A stretch of 64,000 bases of DNA, from positions 76,492 through 140,491 of the forward strand of contig JAPLXG010000006.1 of the NCBI GenBank assembly GCA_026396175.1, given 5' to 3'. A program made the translations under genes and the position numbers. Source of the stretch: Candidatus Moraniibacteriota bacterium (GTDB taxonomy: Bacteria; Patescibacteriota; Minisyncoccia; Moranbacterales; UBA2206). Below are positions 38,700 to 48,526 of this stretch, piece after piece; positions within the stretch are counted from its first letter, which is position 1, and each line of letters opens with the position of its first letter. Below the pieces are notes generated by a model. It was not told the DNA's origin and searched no databases. It saw only the letters and a list, made by a program, of their open reading frames with translations.

Positions 38700-39707
38700 A
38701 TGACTAATGGCTTTACAAAAAGAAAAGTTGGCACTTTCACGCTTGGTGAGAAGCTCAAAAAATTGCGCTCGGACAAACGGATTGCGCTTAATGAAGTTTC
38801 GCGCGTGACGAAAATCCGGGTGGAATATTTGCAATGCCTAGAAGACGGAGAATATGATGAGCTTCCGGCCGATGTCTATGTTCGAGGATTTCTCAAGAGT
38901 TACGGAGATTTTTTGGGTGTGGACGAGCACAGTCTAGTGAAACTTTTTGAAAAAGAAAAAGGAATCAAGAAGAATTTGGAAAAAAGTAAAAATCCCGGGA
39001 AGATTAATTCCAAAATAAAACCACTGAATATTTCTGCTTTTATCTTTACGCCCAAAAAGATCGCTTTGTTTTTTGTGGCTATTTTTGTTGCGGGAGCATT
39101 TTTTTATCTCTATCGCCAAGCCGGAGCGCTCACTGATACGCCGCGCCTGATCATTTTGACTCCCGAACCGAATTCCCAGGTGGACGGGAATTTAGTTTCG
39201 CTGGAAGGCAAAACTGACAAAGACGCGCGCGTGTTTGTCAACGATCAGCCGGTGCTGGTGGATGATAATGGAAAATTCAAAGAAGCTATTTCCTTGCAAT
39301 CCGGCATTAATGTGATCCATGTGCGATCAGTGAATCGGTTTCAAAAAGAAGTGGTGGAGAATGTGACGGTGCAGACGAAATATGCGGACAATAGCGCGGA
39401 CACGCCAGATAATGTAACAGCTGATCAAAATGCTTCACCGGCGGATGACACGGCCGTGCAAATCGAACTCAGTGTTGATCCTGGCCCGGTTTGGGTTAGC
39501 GTGGAAGTGGATGGCAATTTGGTTTTTAGCGGAACGGTGCTGGCTGGAGATGTGCAAAAATACAGTGCGCATGATAAAATTGTCATTGGGTCCGGGCAAG
39601 CTAACGCGACGCATATTAAGCTTAACGGTGAGGATAAAGGCACATTAGGAAAAGACAGCGGAGCGATTAAGGGGGTGGTTTTTGCTAAAGACGATAAAAA
39701 GCAGTAG
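38700..39707 (+). CDS. rodZ: RodZ-like HTH-TM protein with an Ig-like and a C-terminal RodZ domain
   Basis: LGEKLKKLR..LP.DVYVRGFLKSY; TM helix; WVSVEVDG; located after ftsK. Confidence 0.8.
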   Translation: MTNGFTKRKVGTFTLGEKLKKLRSDKRIALNEVSRVTKIRVEYLQCLEDGEYDELPADVYVRGFLKSYGDFLGVDEHSLVKLFEKEKGIKKNLEKSKNPGKINSKIKPLNISAFIFTPKKIALFFVAIFVAGAFFYLYRQAGALTDTPRLIILTPEPNSQVDGNLVSLEGKTDKDARVFVNDQPVLVDDNGKFKEAISLQSGINVIHVRSVNRFQKEVVENVTVQTKYADNSADTPDNVTADQNASPADDTAVQIELSVDPGPVWVSVEVDGNLVFSGTVLAGDVQKYSAHDKIVIGSGQANATHIKLNGEDKGTLGKDSGAIKGVVFAKDDKKQ

Positions 39708-39772
39708 AATTACTAAAGCTATCCTTTTTTATATTAATTTGATTAACAAATTTATTTTTTAACATAAAACAT

Positions 39773-40099
39773 ATGGGAGAACTCATAAAAGTTGACTTTG
39801 GTAAGAAAAAAATTGAAAACACACAAGAAATGAAGTTTGAAAAAGAAAAAATGTCTTTGGTTTCATTTTATGCTGGTTATAGTAAAATATCTTCTGCAAA
39901 ACTAACTGCCGAATCAATTTCAGCAGTTCGTAATGTGCTAAAACCCTATGCCCTCGAAGAGTTAATGGAGTTTATGCAGCAAGTAACAGAGAAAACGATA
40001 ACGGAAGAAAAACTGGCATTCGTAAAAGCAGTTCAGCAGGAAATAAAGTTTAGACAATCAAAAAAACAAATTGCCGGAATTGAAGCCATTGAAGAATAA
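39773..40099 (+). CDS. Hypothetical protein
   Basis: 108-aa ORF starting MGELIKVDF. Confidence 0.6.
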   Translation: MGELIKVDFGKKKIENTQEMKFEKEKMSLVSFYAGYSKISSAKLTAESISAVRNVLKPYALEELMEFMQQVTEKTITEEKLAFVKAVQQEIKFRQSKKQIAGIEAIEE

Positions 40100-40188
40100 T
40101 ATTTTTGTCACATTGCGTGGTACGACATAGCTGGTTATACTATGCCATATTCGAATGCTTAATAATTTATTAATTAGTAAAAACATAT

Positions 40189-41226
<1,038 letters not shown>

Positions 41227-41230
41227 AAAA

Positions 41231-41369
41231 TGTCATTCTGAGCGAAGCCGAAGAATCTGCTATGGGTTATTGCAAGCTTTGCCATATTACAGAAAACTTG
41301 AGATAGCGGATAGCAGATCCTTCGACTCCATAAATTTTCTAACGAAAATTTATTCCGCTCAGGATGACA
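41231..41369. repeat. GTCATTCTGAGCG...CGCTCAGGATGAC REPIN-like element
   Basis: Terminal inverted repeats; second copy at 42719-42847. Confidence 0.85.
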
Positions 41370-41407
41370 AAATTTAGTTTGATTAATTTTTTAATTTTAA
41401 AAAAACA

Positions 41408-42487
41408 ATGAAGTATGAAAAAGAATTTCCACTGCAAAAAACGAAAGTGGAAGGAGTCGAGAGAAAATTCAATTTGTCTGATTTAGACGAGAGAAAGGAG
41501 TATTTTGAAGCAAAAGTTGGTGAGGATATTGAGAAGTTAAAAAAGTATTTTGCCGAGGGAAAAACTTTTATCGCCTATTTTTTGGGCAAGAAAAATGCGG
41601 GCAAAGGAACATACACAAAACTTTTGATGGAAATCTTTGGCAAAGATAAAATTGGTCACATCTCCGTTGGGGACGTTGTGCGAGACGTGCACGCGGCGAT
41701 GGAAGATGAAAATGAAAAGAAAGAACTTTTGAGCTATCTGCACGAAAATTATCGCGGTTACATTTCTCCCGAGCAAGGTATCGAAGCTCTTTTGGGGCGG
41801 GATACAAAAACACTTTTGCCTGATGAATTTATTATGACCTTGGTGAAAAGAGAAATTGACAAGATGGATAAAAAATCTCTTTTCGTTGATGGTTTCCCAA
41901 GGAATTTCGATCAAATTTCTTATTCATTATTTTTTAAAGAACTGATTGATTACAGAAAAGACCCAGATATTTTCCTGGCGATTGATATCCCGGAAGCGGT
42001 GATTGATGAGCGGATGAAATATCGAGTAGTTTGCCCAATTTGTCACACGCCAAGAAACCTGAAACTGCTAGCGACAAAAGAAGTTGGATTTGACGAAGAA
42101 ACAAAGAAATTCTTTTTGAAATGCGATAATCCAGAATGCGATAATGTGCGGATGGTGGCGAAAGAAGGCGACAATATGGGAATTGAATCTTTGCGTGATC
42201 GATTGGAGATGGATGATAAGTTGATCAATAAGGTTTTCTCTTTGCATGGTGTTACAAAAGGAATGGTGAGAAATGCTGTGCCAGCGAGCGTGGCGAAAGA
42301 AACGGTAGATGACTATGAAATTACGCCCGAATTTTATTATGAGCGCGACGAAACAACTGGTGAAATTAAAACGCTTGAGAGACCTTTTACGGTGAAAGAC
42401 GACGAAGGAGTTGAAGTATATAGCCTAATGGCTCCGGCTGTCGTTACTTCGCTTGTGAAGCAGTTGGTGAAGACTTTGGGGTTGTAG
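41408..42487 (+). CDS. Enlarged adenylate kinase-family protein
   Basis: P-loop GKKNAGKGT, HISVGDVVR, DGFPR, Zn lid CPIC..CDNPEC; 359 aa. Confidence 0.75.
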   Translation: MKYEKEFPLQKTKVEGVERKFNLSDLDERKEYFEAKVGEDIEKLKKYFAEGKTFIAYFLGKKNAGKGTYTKLLMEIFGKDKIGHISVGDVVRDVHAAMEDENEKKELLSYLHENYRGYISPEQGIEALLGRDTKTLLPDEFIMTLVKREIDKMDKKSLFVDGFPRNFDQISYSLFFKELIDYRKDPDIFLAIDIPEAVIDERMKYRVVCPICHTPRNLKLLATKEVGFDEETKKFFLKCDNPECDNVRMVAKEGDNMGIESLRDRLEMDDKLINKVFSLHGVTKGMVRNAVPASVAKETVDDYEITPEFYYERDETTGEIKTLERPFTVKDDEGVEVYSLMAPAVVTSLVKQLVKTLGL

Positions 42488-42506
42488 GTTTTTATAGAGC
42501 AACTTA

Positions 42507-42670
42507 TGTCGGTTCAATTCTCTGAATTGAACCTTGCATTTCTAATCAGCTAGCCGTAATAGCGCCTATTGAAAAAATATGTTAGCGTCCCATTATTGCA
42601 AAAGATGCATAAGAACTAAATGGTTCAGGTCAGCCTGCCTGCCGGTAGGCAGGGAGATACTGAACCGACA
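42507..42670. repeat. GTCGGTTCA...TGAACCGAC REP doublet with a 20-bp insert
   Basis: Reverse-complement relative at 63009-63136 lacks the insert. Confidence 0.85.
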
Positions 42671-42718
42671 CGGATACAAAATGACAAACAGGTTTGCTAT
42701 CAAAAAGACAACTATTAT

Positions 42719-42847
42719 TGTCATTCTGAGCGGAGCCGAAGAATCTGCTCTCAATTATCGCTAGCTTTGCTAAAAATAGTAAAAACTACGATTACCGATG
42801 GCAGATCCTTCGACTGCGTCCGAGTACGGACTTCGCTCAGGATGACA
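42719..42847. repeat. GTCATTCTGAGCG-family element, copy 2
   Basis: Same ends as 41231-41369. Confidence 0.85.
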
Positions 42848-42852
42848 CAATA

Positions 42853-42880
42853 AAAAAATCCTCCACGTGGAGGATTTTTT
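42853..42880. terminator. Bidirectional terminator
   Basis: AAAAAATCCTCCACGTGGAGGATTTTTT. Confidence 0.7.
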
Positions 42881-42899
42881 AGTTTTCATGAAAAGAAAA

Positions 42900-43073
42900 T
42901 TATTTTTCTTTGTTGGAGGTTTTGATGCAGCGGGTGCAGACCTTGGTTTTGTTTCCGTCAATTTTTTTGCTTTGCAAATTGATTTGAAATTTTCGCAAGG
43001 TTTTGACATTGGAATGACTGACGGTGTGCCCTGTTCCAGAACCACGGCCACAAACTTCACATACTCTACTCAT
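42900..43073 (-). CDS. rpmB: 50S ribosomal protein L28
   Basis: [29 protein letters not shown]; start set at 43073. Confidence 0.93.
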   Translation of the reverse strand: MSRVCEVCGRGSGTGHTVSHSNVKTLRKFQINLQSKKIDGNKTKVCTRCIKTSNKEK

Positions 43074-43074
43074 A

Positions 43075-43168
43075 ATCATGTAGCATGAAGCATATAACAT
43101 GTAGCACATGATTCAACGAAGAGAGGAGTGATTCCCTTGTTGCGTGTTTCATGTTTCATGTTTCATGA
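43075..43168. repeat. CATG heptamer inverted-repeat element
   Basis: (CATGTAG/CATGAAG)n versus (TTTCATG)3; left arm recurs at 48158-48219. Confidence 0.65.
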
Positions 43169-43230
43169 ATTGGTTGATTTATTACAAGATATAAGGTAGC
43201 ATAGGAATATAATTTTAGCAAGGGAAACTT

Positions 43231-43920
43231 ATGTCCAATGAAATTGTGCTGGTCATTTTCTATATTGTAATTTTGCTCTATTCGGTCATAATTCACGAGG
43301 TTTTTCATGGCGTGATGGCGCTTTGGCTTGGTGATAATACGGCCAAATATGCCGGGCGACTGACGGCTAACCCGCTGAGCCATCTGGATTTTATCGGATC
43401 TTTCATCGCGCCGCTGTTTATGTATCTGTCATTTGGTTTTGCTTTCGGTTGGGCCAAACCCGTGCCCTACAATCCCTATAATTTGAAAAATCAAAAATGG
43501 GGACCGGCGATGGTGGCGATGGCGGGACCGGGAATAAATTTAGCCGTAGCGCTAGTGGCAGCGATTGCCGCGAGATTTATCGCGTTGCCGCTCCACCTCA
43601 AAAAAGACATCATCAATCATTTTAATGAATGGACAACAGTTTCCGGTGTAATCGCCGGATCGGTTAGTGCAATCTTCTATGAACTTTTGATTATCGTCGT
43701 GATTATTAATGTCTTTTTAGCCTTTTTTAATTTAATCCCAATTCCACCGCTTGATGGTTCAAAACTTTTGTTCGCGATTTTCCCGATCAAAATTGAAACG
43801 CAAGCGATGCTCGAGCAATTCGGCTTTATGCTACTTTTGTTTTTCATCTTCTTTTTTTCCTCGCCGCTACGTATTTTTCTTGGCACAGCGATCAACGCAT
43901 TCCTGCGGGTGGCGATTTAG
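43231..43920 (+). CDS. Site-2 protease family (M50) membrane metalloprotease
   Basis: HEVFH, GRLTANPLSH, FGWAKPVP, FNLIPIPPLDG. Confidence 0.93.
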   Translation: MSNEIVLVIFYIVILLYSVIIHEVFHGVMALWLGDNTAKYAGRLTANPLSHLDFIGSFIAPLFMYLSFGFAFGWAKPVPYNPYNLKNQKWGPAMVAMAGPGINLAVALVAAIAARFIALPLHLKKDIINHFNEWTTVSGVIAGSVSAIFYELLIIVVIINVFLAFFNLIPIPPLDGSKLLFAIFPIKIETQAMLEQFGFMLLLFFIFFFSSPLRIFLGTAINAFLRVAI

Positions 43921-44029
43921 GTTTTTATTTGACACTTCCCAAAAGAACTGCTAGTTTGAAAAATCAAATTGGCGGACAAGAGGAGGTACTTGCTCATTGG
44001 CAATATTAGTAAAAAAGGAGGATAACGAG

Positions 44030-44266
44030 ATGGCGATAAAAACACTGGATGTTTTCGATGCGCTCACGAAGCTTAACAGGGGCATGCTTGACATGAAAAA
44101 GGATAATGAGCGTCTCGGGGAAGAATTGGAGGATGTCTGTGGGCTTCTTTCGCAAAAAATTGCAGAGCTACGCATTTTACGGGAGAGATTTGAAAGCGCG
44201 GATAGAAAGCTCAACGCGCACTTCATACAACTCAGTATACCCCCTAGCGGGTATCATCATTATTAA
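44030..44266 (+). CDS. Orphan coiled-coil small protein
   Basis: AAGGAGG SD before ATG 44030; hairpin at 44283-44309 downstream. Confidence 0.55.
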   Translation: MAIKTLDVFDALTKLNRGMLDMKKDNERLGEELEDVCGLLSQKIAELRILRERFESADRKLNAHFIQLSIPPSGYHHY

Positions 44267-44320
44267 ATGTGCCTTACCATCTAGCCGCTGGTGCAACACA
44301 CCAGCGGTTAACCTTAAAAT

Positions 44321-44349
44321 TTGACATATCCGCTACTTTCCTTTATGCT
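44321..44349 (+). promoter_or_regulatory. Sigma70 promoter of the str operon
   Basis: TTGACA-17-TATGCT. Confidence 0.55.
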
Positions 44350-44414
44350 TATTCTGCTAGACAACTGGCAGTTTTTTTATTAGCTTTATCCTTTAAGTCT
44401 GCCTCTAAAAGCCT

Positions 44415-44527
44415 ATCCCGCACCAATTTCGAATAAAGTATTTCATAGCTGATAGTTTTATTCACGGAATCGCCTGCGGCTTAGTTTTAAGATGATATAT
44501 AATTAAATTTGCAAATTGGTGCGGGAT
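44415..44527. repeat. CCCGCACCAATT inverted-repeat element in the rpsL leader
   Basis: 15-bp TIR; shares a 26-nt core with 53043-53152. Confidence 0.8.
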
Positions 44528-44562
44528 TGGCATTTTGTTGCTACTCGTACCTCATAGACAAA

Positions 44563-44982
44563 ATGCCAACAATCAATCAATTAAAGCGAAAATCCCGAAA
44601 GTCGGTCAAAAGCAAGTCTAAAACGCCTGCTTTTAAACATGTTTTTAATACTTTGAAAAACAAGCCGGTTCTCACAAACAGTTCATTCAAGCGTGGAGTA
44701 TGTTTGAAAGTGAGCACAACTACACCAAAAAAACCTAACTCAGCTTTGCGAAAAATTGCCAGAGTTCGTCTGACCAATGGAATGGAAGTAACGGCCTATA
44801 TCCCGGGAATCGGACACAACTTGCAAGAGCACTCAATCGTGATGCTCCGTGGTGGACGCGTGAAGGATCTTCCTGGTGTGCGTTATCATATCGTGCGCGG
44901 AGTTTTGGACAGCGCGGGTGTAGCGAACAGAAAACAAGGTCGCAGTAAATATGGGGCGAAGGTGGAGAAGGATAAGAAATAA
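44563..44982 (+). CDS. rpsL: 30S ribosomal protein S12
   Basis: [30 protein letters not shown]. Confidence 0.98.
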   Translation: MPTINQLKRKSRKSVKSKSKTPAFKHVFNTLKNKPVLTNSSFKRGVCLKVSTTTPKKPNSALRKIARVRLTNGMEVTAYIPGIGHNLQEHSIVMLRGGRVKDLPGVRYHIVRGVLDSAGVANRKQGRSKYGAKVEKDKK

Positions 44983-44989
44983 TAAGAGT

Positions 44990-45105
44990 TAATTTTAAAT
45001 TATTAATTTTAAATTTAAAATAAACTTTAAATTATCAAATGTTGAAATTTAAAATTTGGACATTTGGATTTTATTTAAAATTTTAAATTTAAAACTTTAA
45101 ATTAT
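44990..45105. repeat. AT-rich (TTTAAAA/AATTT) inverted-repeat element between rpsL and rpsG
   Basis: Periodic TTTAAA arms; fills a normally short gap. Confidence 0.55.
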
Positions 45106-45110
45106 AAGGC

Positions 45111-45578
45111 ATGGCAAGAAGAAAAAGAGTATTTGATAAACACGTTAAACCTGACACGAGATATGATAATCTTTTGGTGGGTAAATTTATCAATAGTATT
45201 TTGCAAGACGGAAAAAGAACAACCGCGGAACGAATTGTTTACGAAGCATTTGATATTATTCATGAGAAGACCAAAAAAGGCGGACTAAATATTTTCGAAC
45301 AAGCTTTGAAAAATGTCGCTCCACTTGTCGAGCTGAAATCTCGCAGAGTTGGCGGCGCGAACTATCAAGTTCCAGTTCCAGTTTTGGGTGAGAGACGCAC
45401 AACGTTGGCTATTCGCTGGCTCAAAGCCACTATTTCTTCCAAGAAAGGCAAAAAGATGGCGGAAAAATTGGCAGATGAACTGATCGAGGCTTCCAACAAA
45501 GCCGGTGGCGCGATGAAAAAACGTGATGATGTGCACAGAATGGCGGATGCGAATAAGGCGTTTGCGCACTTCGCGTAG
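45111..45578 (+). CDS. rpsG: 30S ribosomal protein S7
   Basis: SRRVGGANYQVPV, HRMADANKAFAH. Confidence 0.98.
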   Translation: MARRKRVFDKHVKPDTRYDNLLVGKFINSILQDGKRTTAERIVYEAFDIIHEKTKKGGLNIFEQALKNVAPLVELKSRRVGGANYQVPVPVLGERRTTLAIRWLKATISSKKGKKMAEKLADELIEASNKAGGAMKKRDDVHRMADANKAFAHFA

Positions 45579-45583
45579 GATTC

Positions 45584-46060
45584 TCTACGAATTACGAATT
45601 TGTACGAATGTACGAAAATAAATATAAAGTTGAAAAAGATATAATTTACCCTCAAGAAGTTTTTGAGCTTGTGGGTTTTATGTATGACGTTTGGAATAAG
45701 CTCGGTTATGGTCACAAGGAGAGTTTCTACGAAAAAGCAGTTGCTGAATTATTTAGGAAGAACGGCAAAGAATTCAAAGAGCAACTTAGGTGCAAAGTAA
45801 AAGTAGGTGAAAAAGATTTAGGATTATATGTTTTTGATTTCGTTTATGAAGAAAAAATAGTTGTTGAATTGAAGCAGGGAGACATTTTTTCCAAGCAAAA
45901 TATCAATCAGATCTATGCCTACCTAAAAGCGACTGGCTTAAAGCTAGGCTTGCTTGTGAATTTTACAAGAAAAGGTGTTAAATTTAAGAGAATCATTAAT
46001 ATAAAATAAATTTATTAGAATTAGAAGTTCGTACATTCGTACAAATTCGTAATTCGTAGA
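45584..46060. mobile_element. Inverted-repeat-bounded GxxExxY element
   Basis: Perfect 33-bp inverted repeat at 45584-45616 / 46028-46060 enclosing a single gene. Confidence 0.8.
45608..46009 (+). CDS. GxxExxY protein (PD-(D/E)xK nuclease superfamily)
   Basis: LGYGHKESFYEKA motif, FDF..EKIVVELK, Q...YLKATGLKLGLLVNF. Confidence 0.92.
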   Translation: MYENKYKVEKDIIYPQEVFELVGFMYDVWNKLGYGHKESFYEKAVAELFRKNGKEFKEQLRCKVKVGEKDLGLYVFDFVYEEKIVVELKQGDIFSKQNINQIYAYLKATGLKLGLLVNFTRKGVKFKRIINIK

Positions 46061-46067
46061 AAAAGAA

Positions 46068-48155
46068 ATGGCCAGATTATACCCAATCGAAAAGTATCGT
46101 AATATCGGAATCATCGCGCACATTGACGCGGGAAAAACTACCACGACTGAGCGCGTGTTGTTCTACACTGGAATCACGCACAAGATTGGTGAAGTTCACG
46201 AGGGTGCGGCGACGATGGACTGGATGGAGCAGGAGCAAGAGCGCGGAATCACCATCACGTCGGCAGCGACAACTTGTTTTTGGAAAGATTGCCAAGTGAA
46301 TATCATCGACACTCCCGGTCACGTTGACTTTACGGTTGAAGTTGAACGGTCACTGCGCGTGCTGGATGGCGGCGTGGTTGTTTTTGATGGAAAAGAAGGT
46401 GTCGAGCCTCAATCAGAAACGGTGTGGCGTCAGGCGGACAAATATAACGTGCCACGCGTATGCTTCATCAATAAAATCGACAAAGAAGGCGCTGATTTCT
46501 ATTACGCCTTGCGCACGATTTGGGATCGCTTGACTCCAAACGCTGTCGCACTGCAAATTCCAATCGGAGAACGCGGTGATTTTGTCGGTGTGGTGGATTT
46601 GATTAAGATGAAAGGCTATACTTTTGCCGGAGAAATGGGCATCGATGTGATTGAAGGAGAAATTCCTGCCGAACTTTTGGATAAAGCGAAAGAGTGGCGA
46701 GAGAAAATGGTGGAAAAAGTTTCTGAAACGGATGACGCGCTCACGGAAAAATTTTTGAACGGCGAAGAAATCTCACAAGAAGAATTGAAAGCGGCGATTC
46801 GTCGCGCGACAATTGCGACAAAATTAGTGCCAGTTTTCACTGGAACAGCCTTGCGAAATAAAGGCGTGCAGTTAGTGCTTGATGCCGTTGTTGATTATTT
46901 ACCTTCCCCACTGGACGTGCCAGCTATCAAAGCGACTGATGTGCGGGATGAAACAATTGAAATTGAAGTGAAACAACAAGACGACGCGCCTTTTGCGGCA
47001 CTAGCTTTCAAGGTGGCGACTGACCCCTATGTCGGACAATTAACTTTCTTTCGAGTATACTCGGGAGTTTTGAAAGCCGGATCATATGTTCTCAACTCTT
47101 CCAAGAATGAAAAAGAACGGATCGGACGAATTTTGCAGATGCATGCTAATCACCGTGAAGAAATTTCGGAAATTTATGCCGGAGGGATTGGCGCTTTGGT
47201 TGGAATGAAAAATACAACTACCGGAGACACGTTATGCGACATTGAAAAACCAGTGCTTTTGGAAACAATTACTTTTCCCGAACCAGTGATCTCGATTGCC
47301 ATTGAACCAAAGACGAAAGCCGATCAAGAGAAAATGGGATTTGCTTTGCGAAAATTGGCCGAAGAAGATCCAACTTTCAAAGTGCGCACTGATGAGGAAA
47401 CCGGGCAAACAATTATTTCCGGAATGGGCGAATTGCATTTGGATATTATTGTGGATCGGATGAAACGTGAATTCAAAGTGGAAGCGAATGTTGGTCAACC
47501 ACAAGTGGCATATCGTGAAACGATTCGCGTTAAAGCGGAAGCGGAAGGCAAATATATCAAACAATCGGGAGGTCGCGGACAATATGGACATTGCTGGATG
47601 CGTGTTGAACCGCAAGAGCCAGGCAAAGGTTTTGAATTTGTTAGTGAAATCAAGGGTGGAATCATTCCGCAAGAATATATCACGCCGATTGAAAAGGGTG
47701 CGAAAGAAGCGATGGACTCGGGAGTGGTGGCGGGTTACCCAATGGTGGACATCAAAGCGACAGTTTATGACGGATCATATCACGAAGTGGACTCCTCGGA
47801 AGCAGCTTTCAAAATTGCTGGATCAATGGCCTTCAAAGAAGCTTGCCGAAGGGCAAAACCAATGCTTTTGGAACCTATCATGAAAGTACAAACCATCACG
47901 CCGGAAAATTTTATGGGGGATGTTGTTGGTGACCTTAACGCGAAACGCGGAATTATCAAAGAAATGGGCGACCGCGGCGAAGGCAATGCGCGCGTGAAAG
48001 TGATCGACGCCGAAGTGCCGCTATCTTCTATGTTCGGTTATGCCACACAACTGCGTTCGATGTCACAAGGCCGTGCCAACTACGCGATGGAATTTTCCCA
48101 CTACGCCGAAGTGCCAAAGAATGTGGCGGAAGAGATTTCGGGAGGGAAGAAATAA
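46068..48155 (+). CDS. fusA: Elongation factor G
   Basis: [36 protein letters not shown]. Confidence 0.99.
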   Translation: MARLYPIEKYRNIGIIAHIDAGKTTTTERVLFYTGITHKIGEVHEGAATMDWMEQEQERGITITSAATTCFWKDCQVNIIDTPGHVDFTVEVERSLRVLDGGVVVFDGKEGVEPQSETVWRQADKYNVPRVCFINKIDKEGADFYYALRTIWDRLTPNAVALQIPIGERGDFVGVVDLIKMKGYTFAGEMGIDVIEGEIPAELLDKAKEWREKMVEKVSETDDALTEKFLNGEEISQEELKAAIRRATIATKLVPVFTGTALRNKGVQLVLDAVVDYLPSPLDVPAIKATDVRDETIEIEVKQQDDAPFAALAFKVATDPYVGQLTFFRVYSGVLKAGSYVLNSSKNEKERIGRILQMHANHREEISEIYAGGIGALVGMKNTTTGDTLCDIEKPVLLETITFPEPVISIAIEPKTKADQEKMGFALRKLAEEDPTFKVRTDEETGQTIISGMGELHLDIIVDRMKREFKVEANVGQPQVAYRETIRVKAEAEGKYIKQSGGRGQYGHCWMRVEPQEPGKGFEFVSEIKGGIIPQEYITPIEKGAKEAMDSGVVAGYPMVDIKATVYDGSYHEVDSSEAAFKIAGSMAFKEACRRAKPMLLEPIMKVQTITPENFMGDVVGDLNAKRGIIKEMGDRGEGNARVKVIDAEVPLSSMFGYATQLRSMSQGRANYAMEFSHYAEVPKNVAEEISGGKK

Positions 48156-48241
48156 ATCATGTAGCCCTCCTACGCCAAGGCTTCGGCGGGGCGAAGCATG
48201 TAACATATAACATGTAGCAAAAATTACGACTTTTTCAAAAG

Positions 48242-48267
48242 ACAACTCCGAGAGGGGTTGTTTTTTG
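48242..48267 (+). terminator. Terminator after fusA
   Basis: ACAACTCC-GAGA-GGGGTTGTTTTTT. Confidence 0.7.
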
Positions 48268-48526
48268 TCTATAATTTTCAAAGGAAGGCAAAAAAATCGG
48301 TTGGCGCGATGGGGTGCGAGGGCTTTGGGTGATTTTTAGGAATTGGCCTTAGAAGAAATGACCCCTATTTGACGTCCTGCCTCAGTTTGCTATGGTATAG
48401 GCATAAAACAAAAAGCTGGACCATTAAGGAGGGTTGGCTTTTTTGTTTTTAACTTTCTTTGACAATTCGAAAAATCATAGAATCTCTAAATATTTCCATT
48501 CACTCAAGTAAAAAGGGGGAAACTTA

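Noticed and set aside
42579-43088. Short ORFs containing LPAGRQ/CLPVGR peptides (42579, 42620, 42770, 42867)
   Set aside because: They are translations of stacked repeats or antisense to rpmB.
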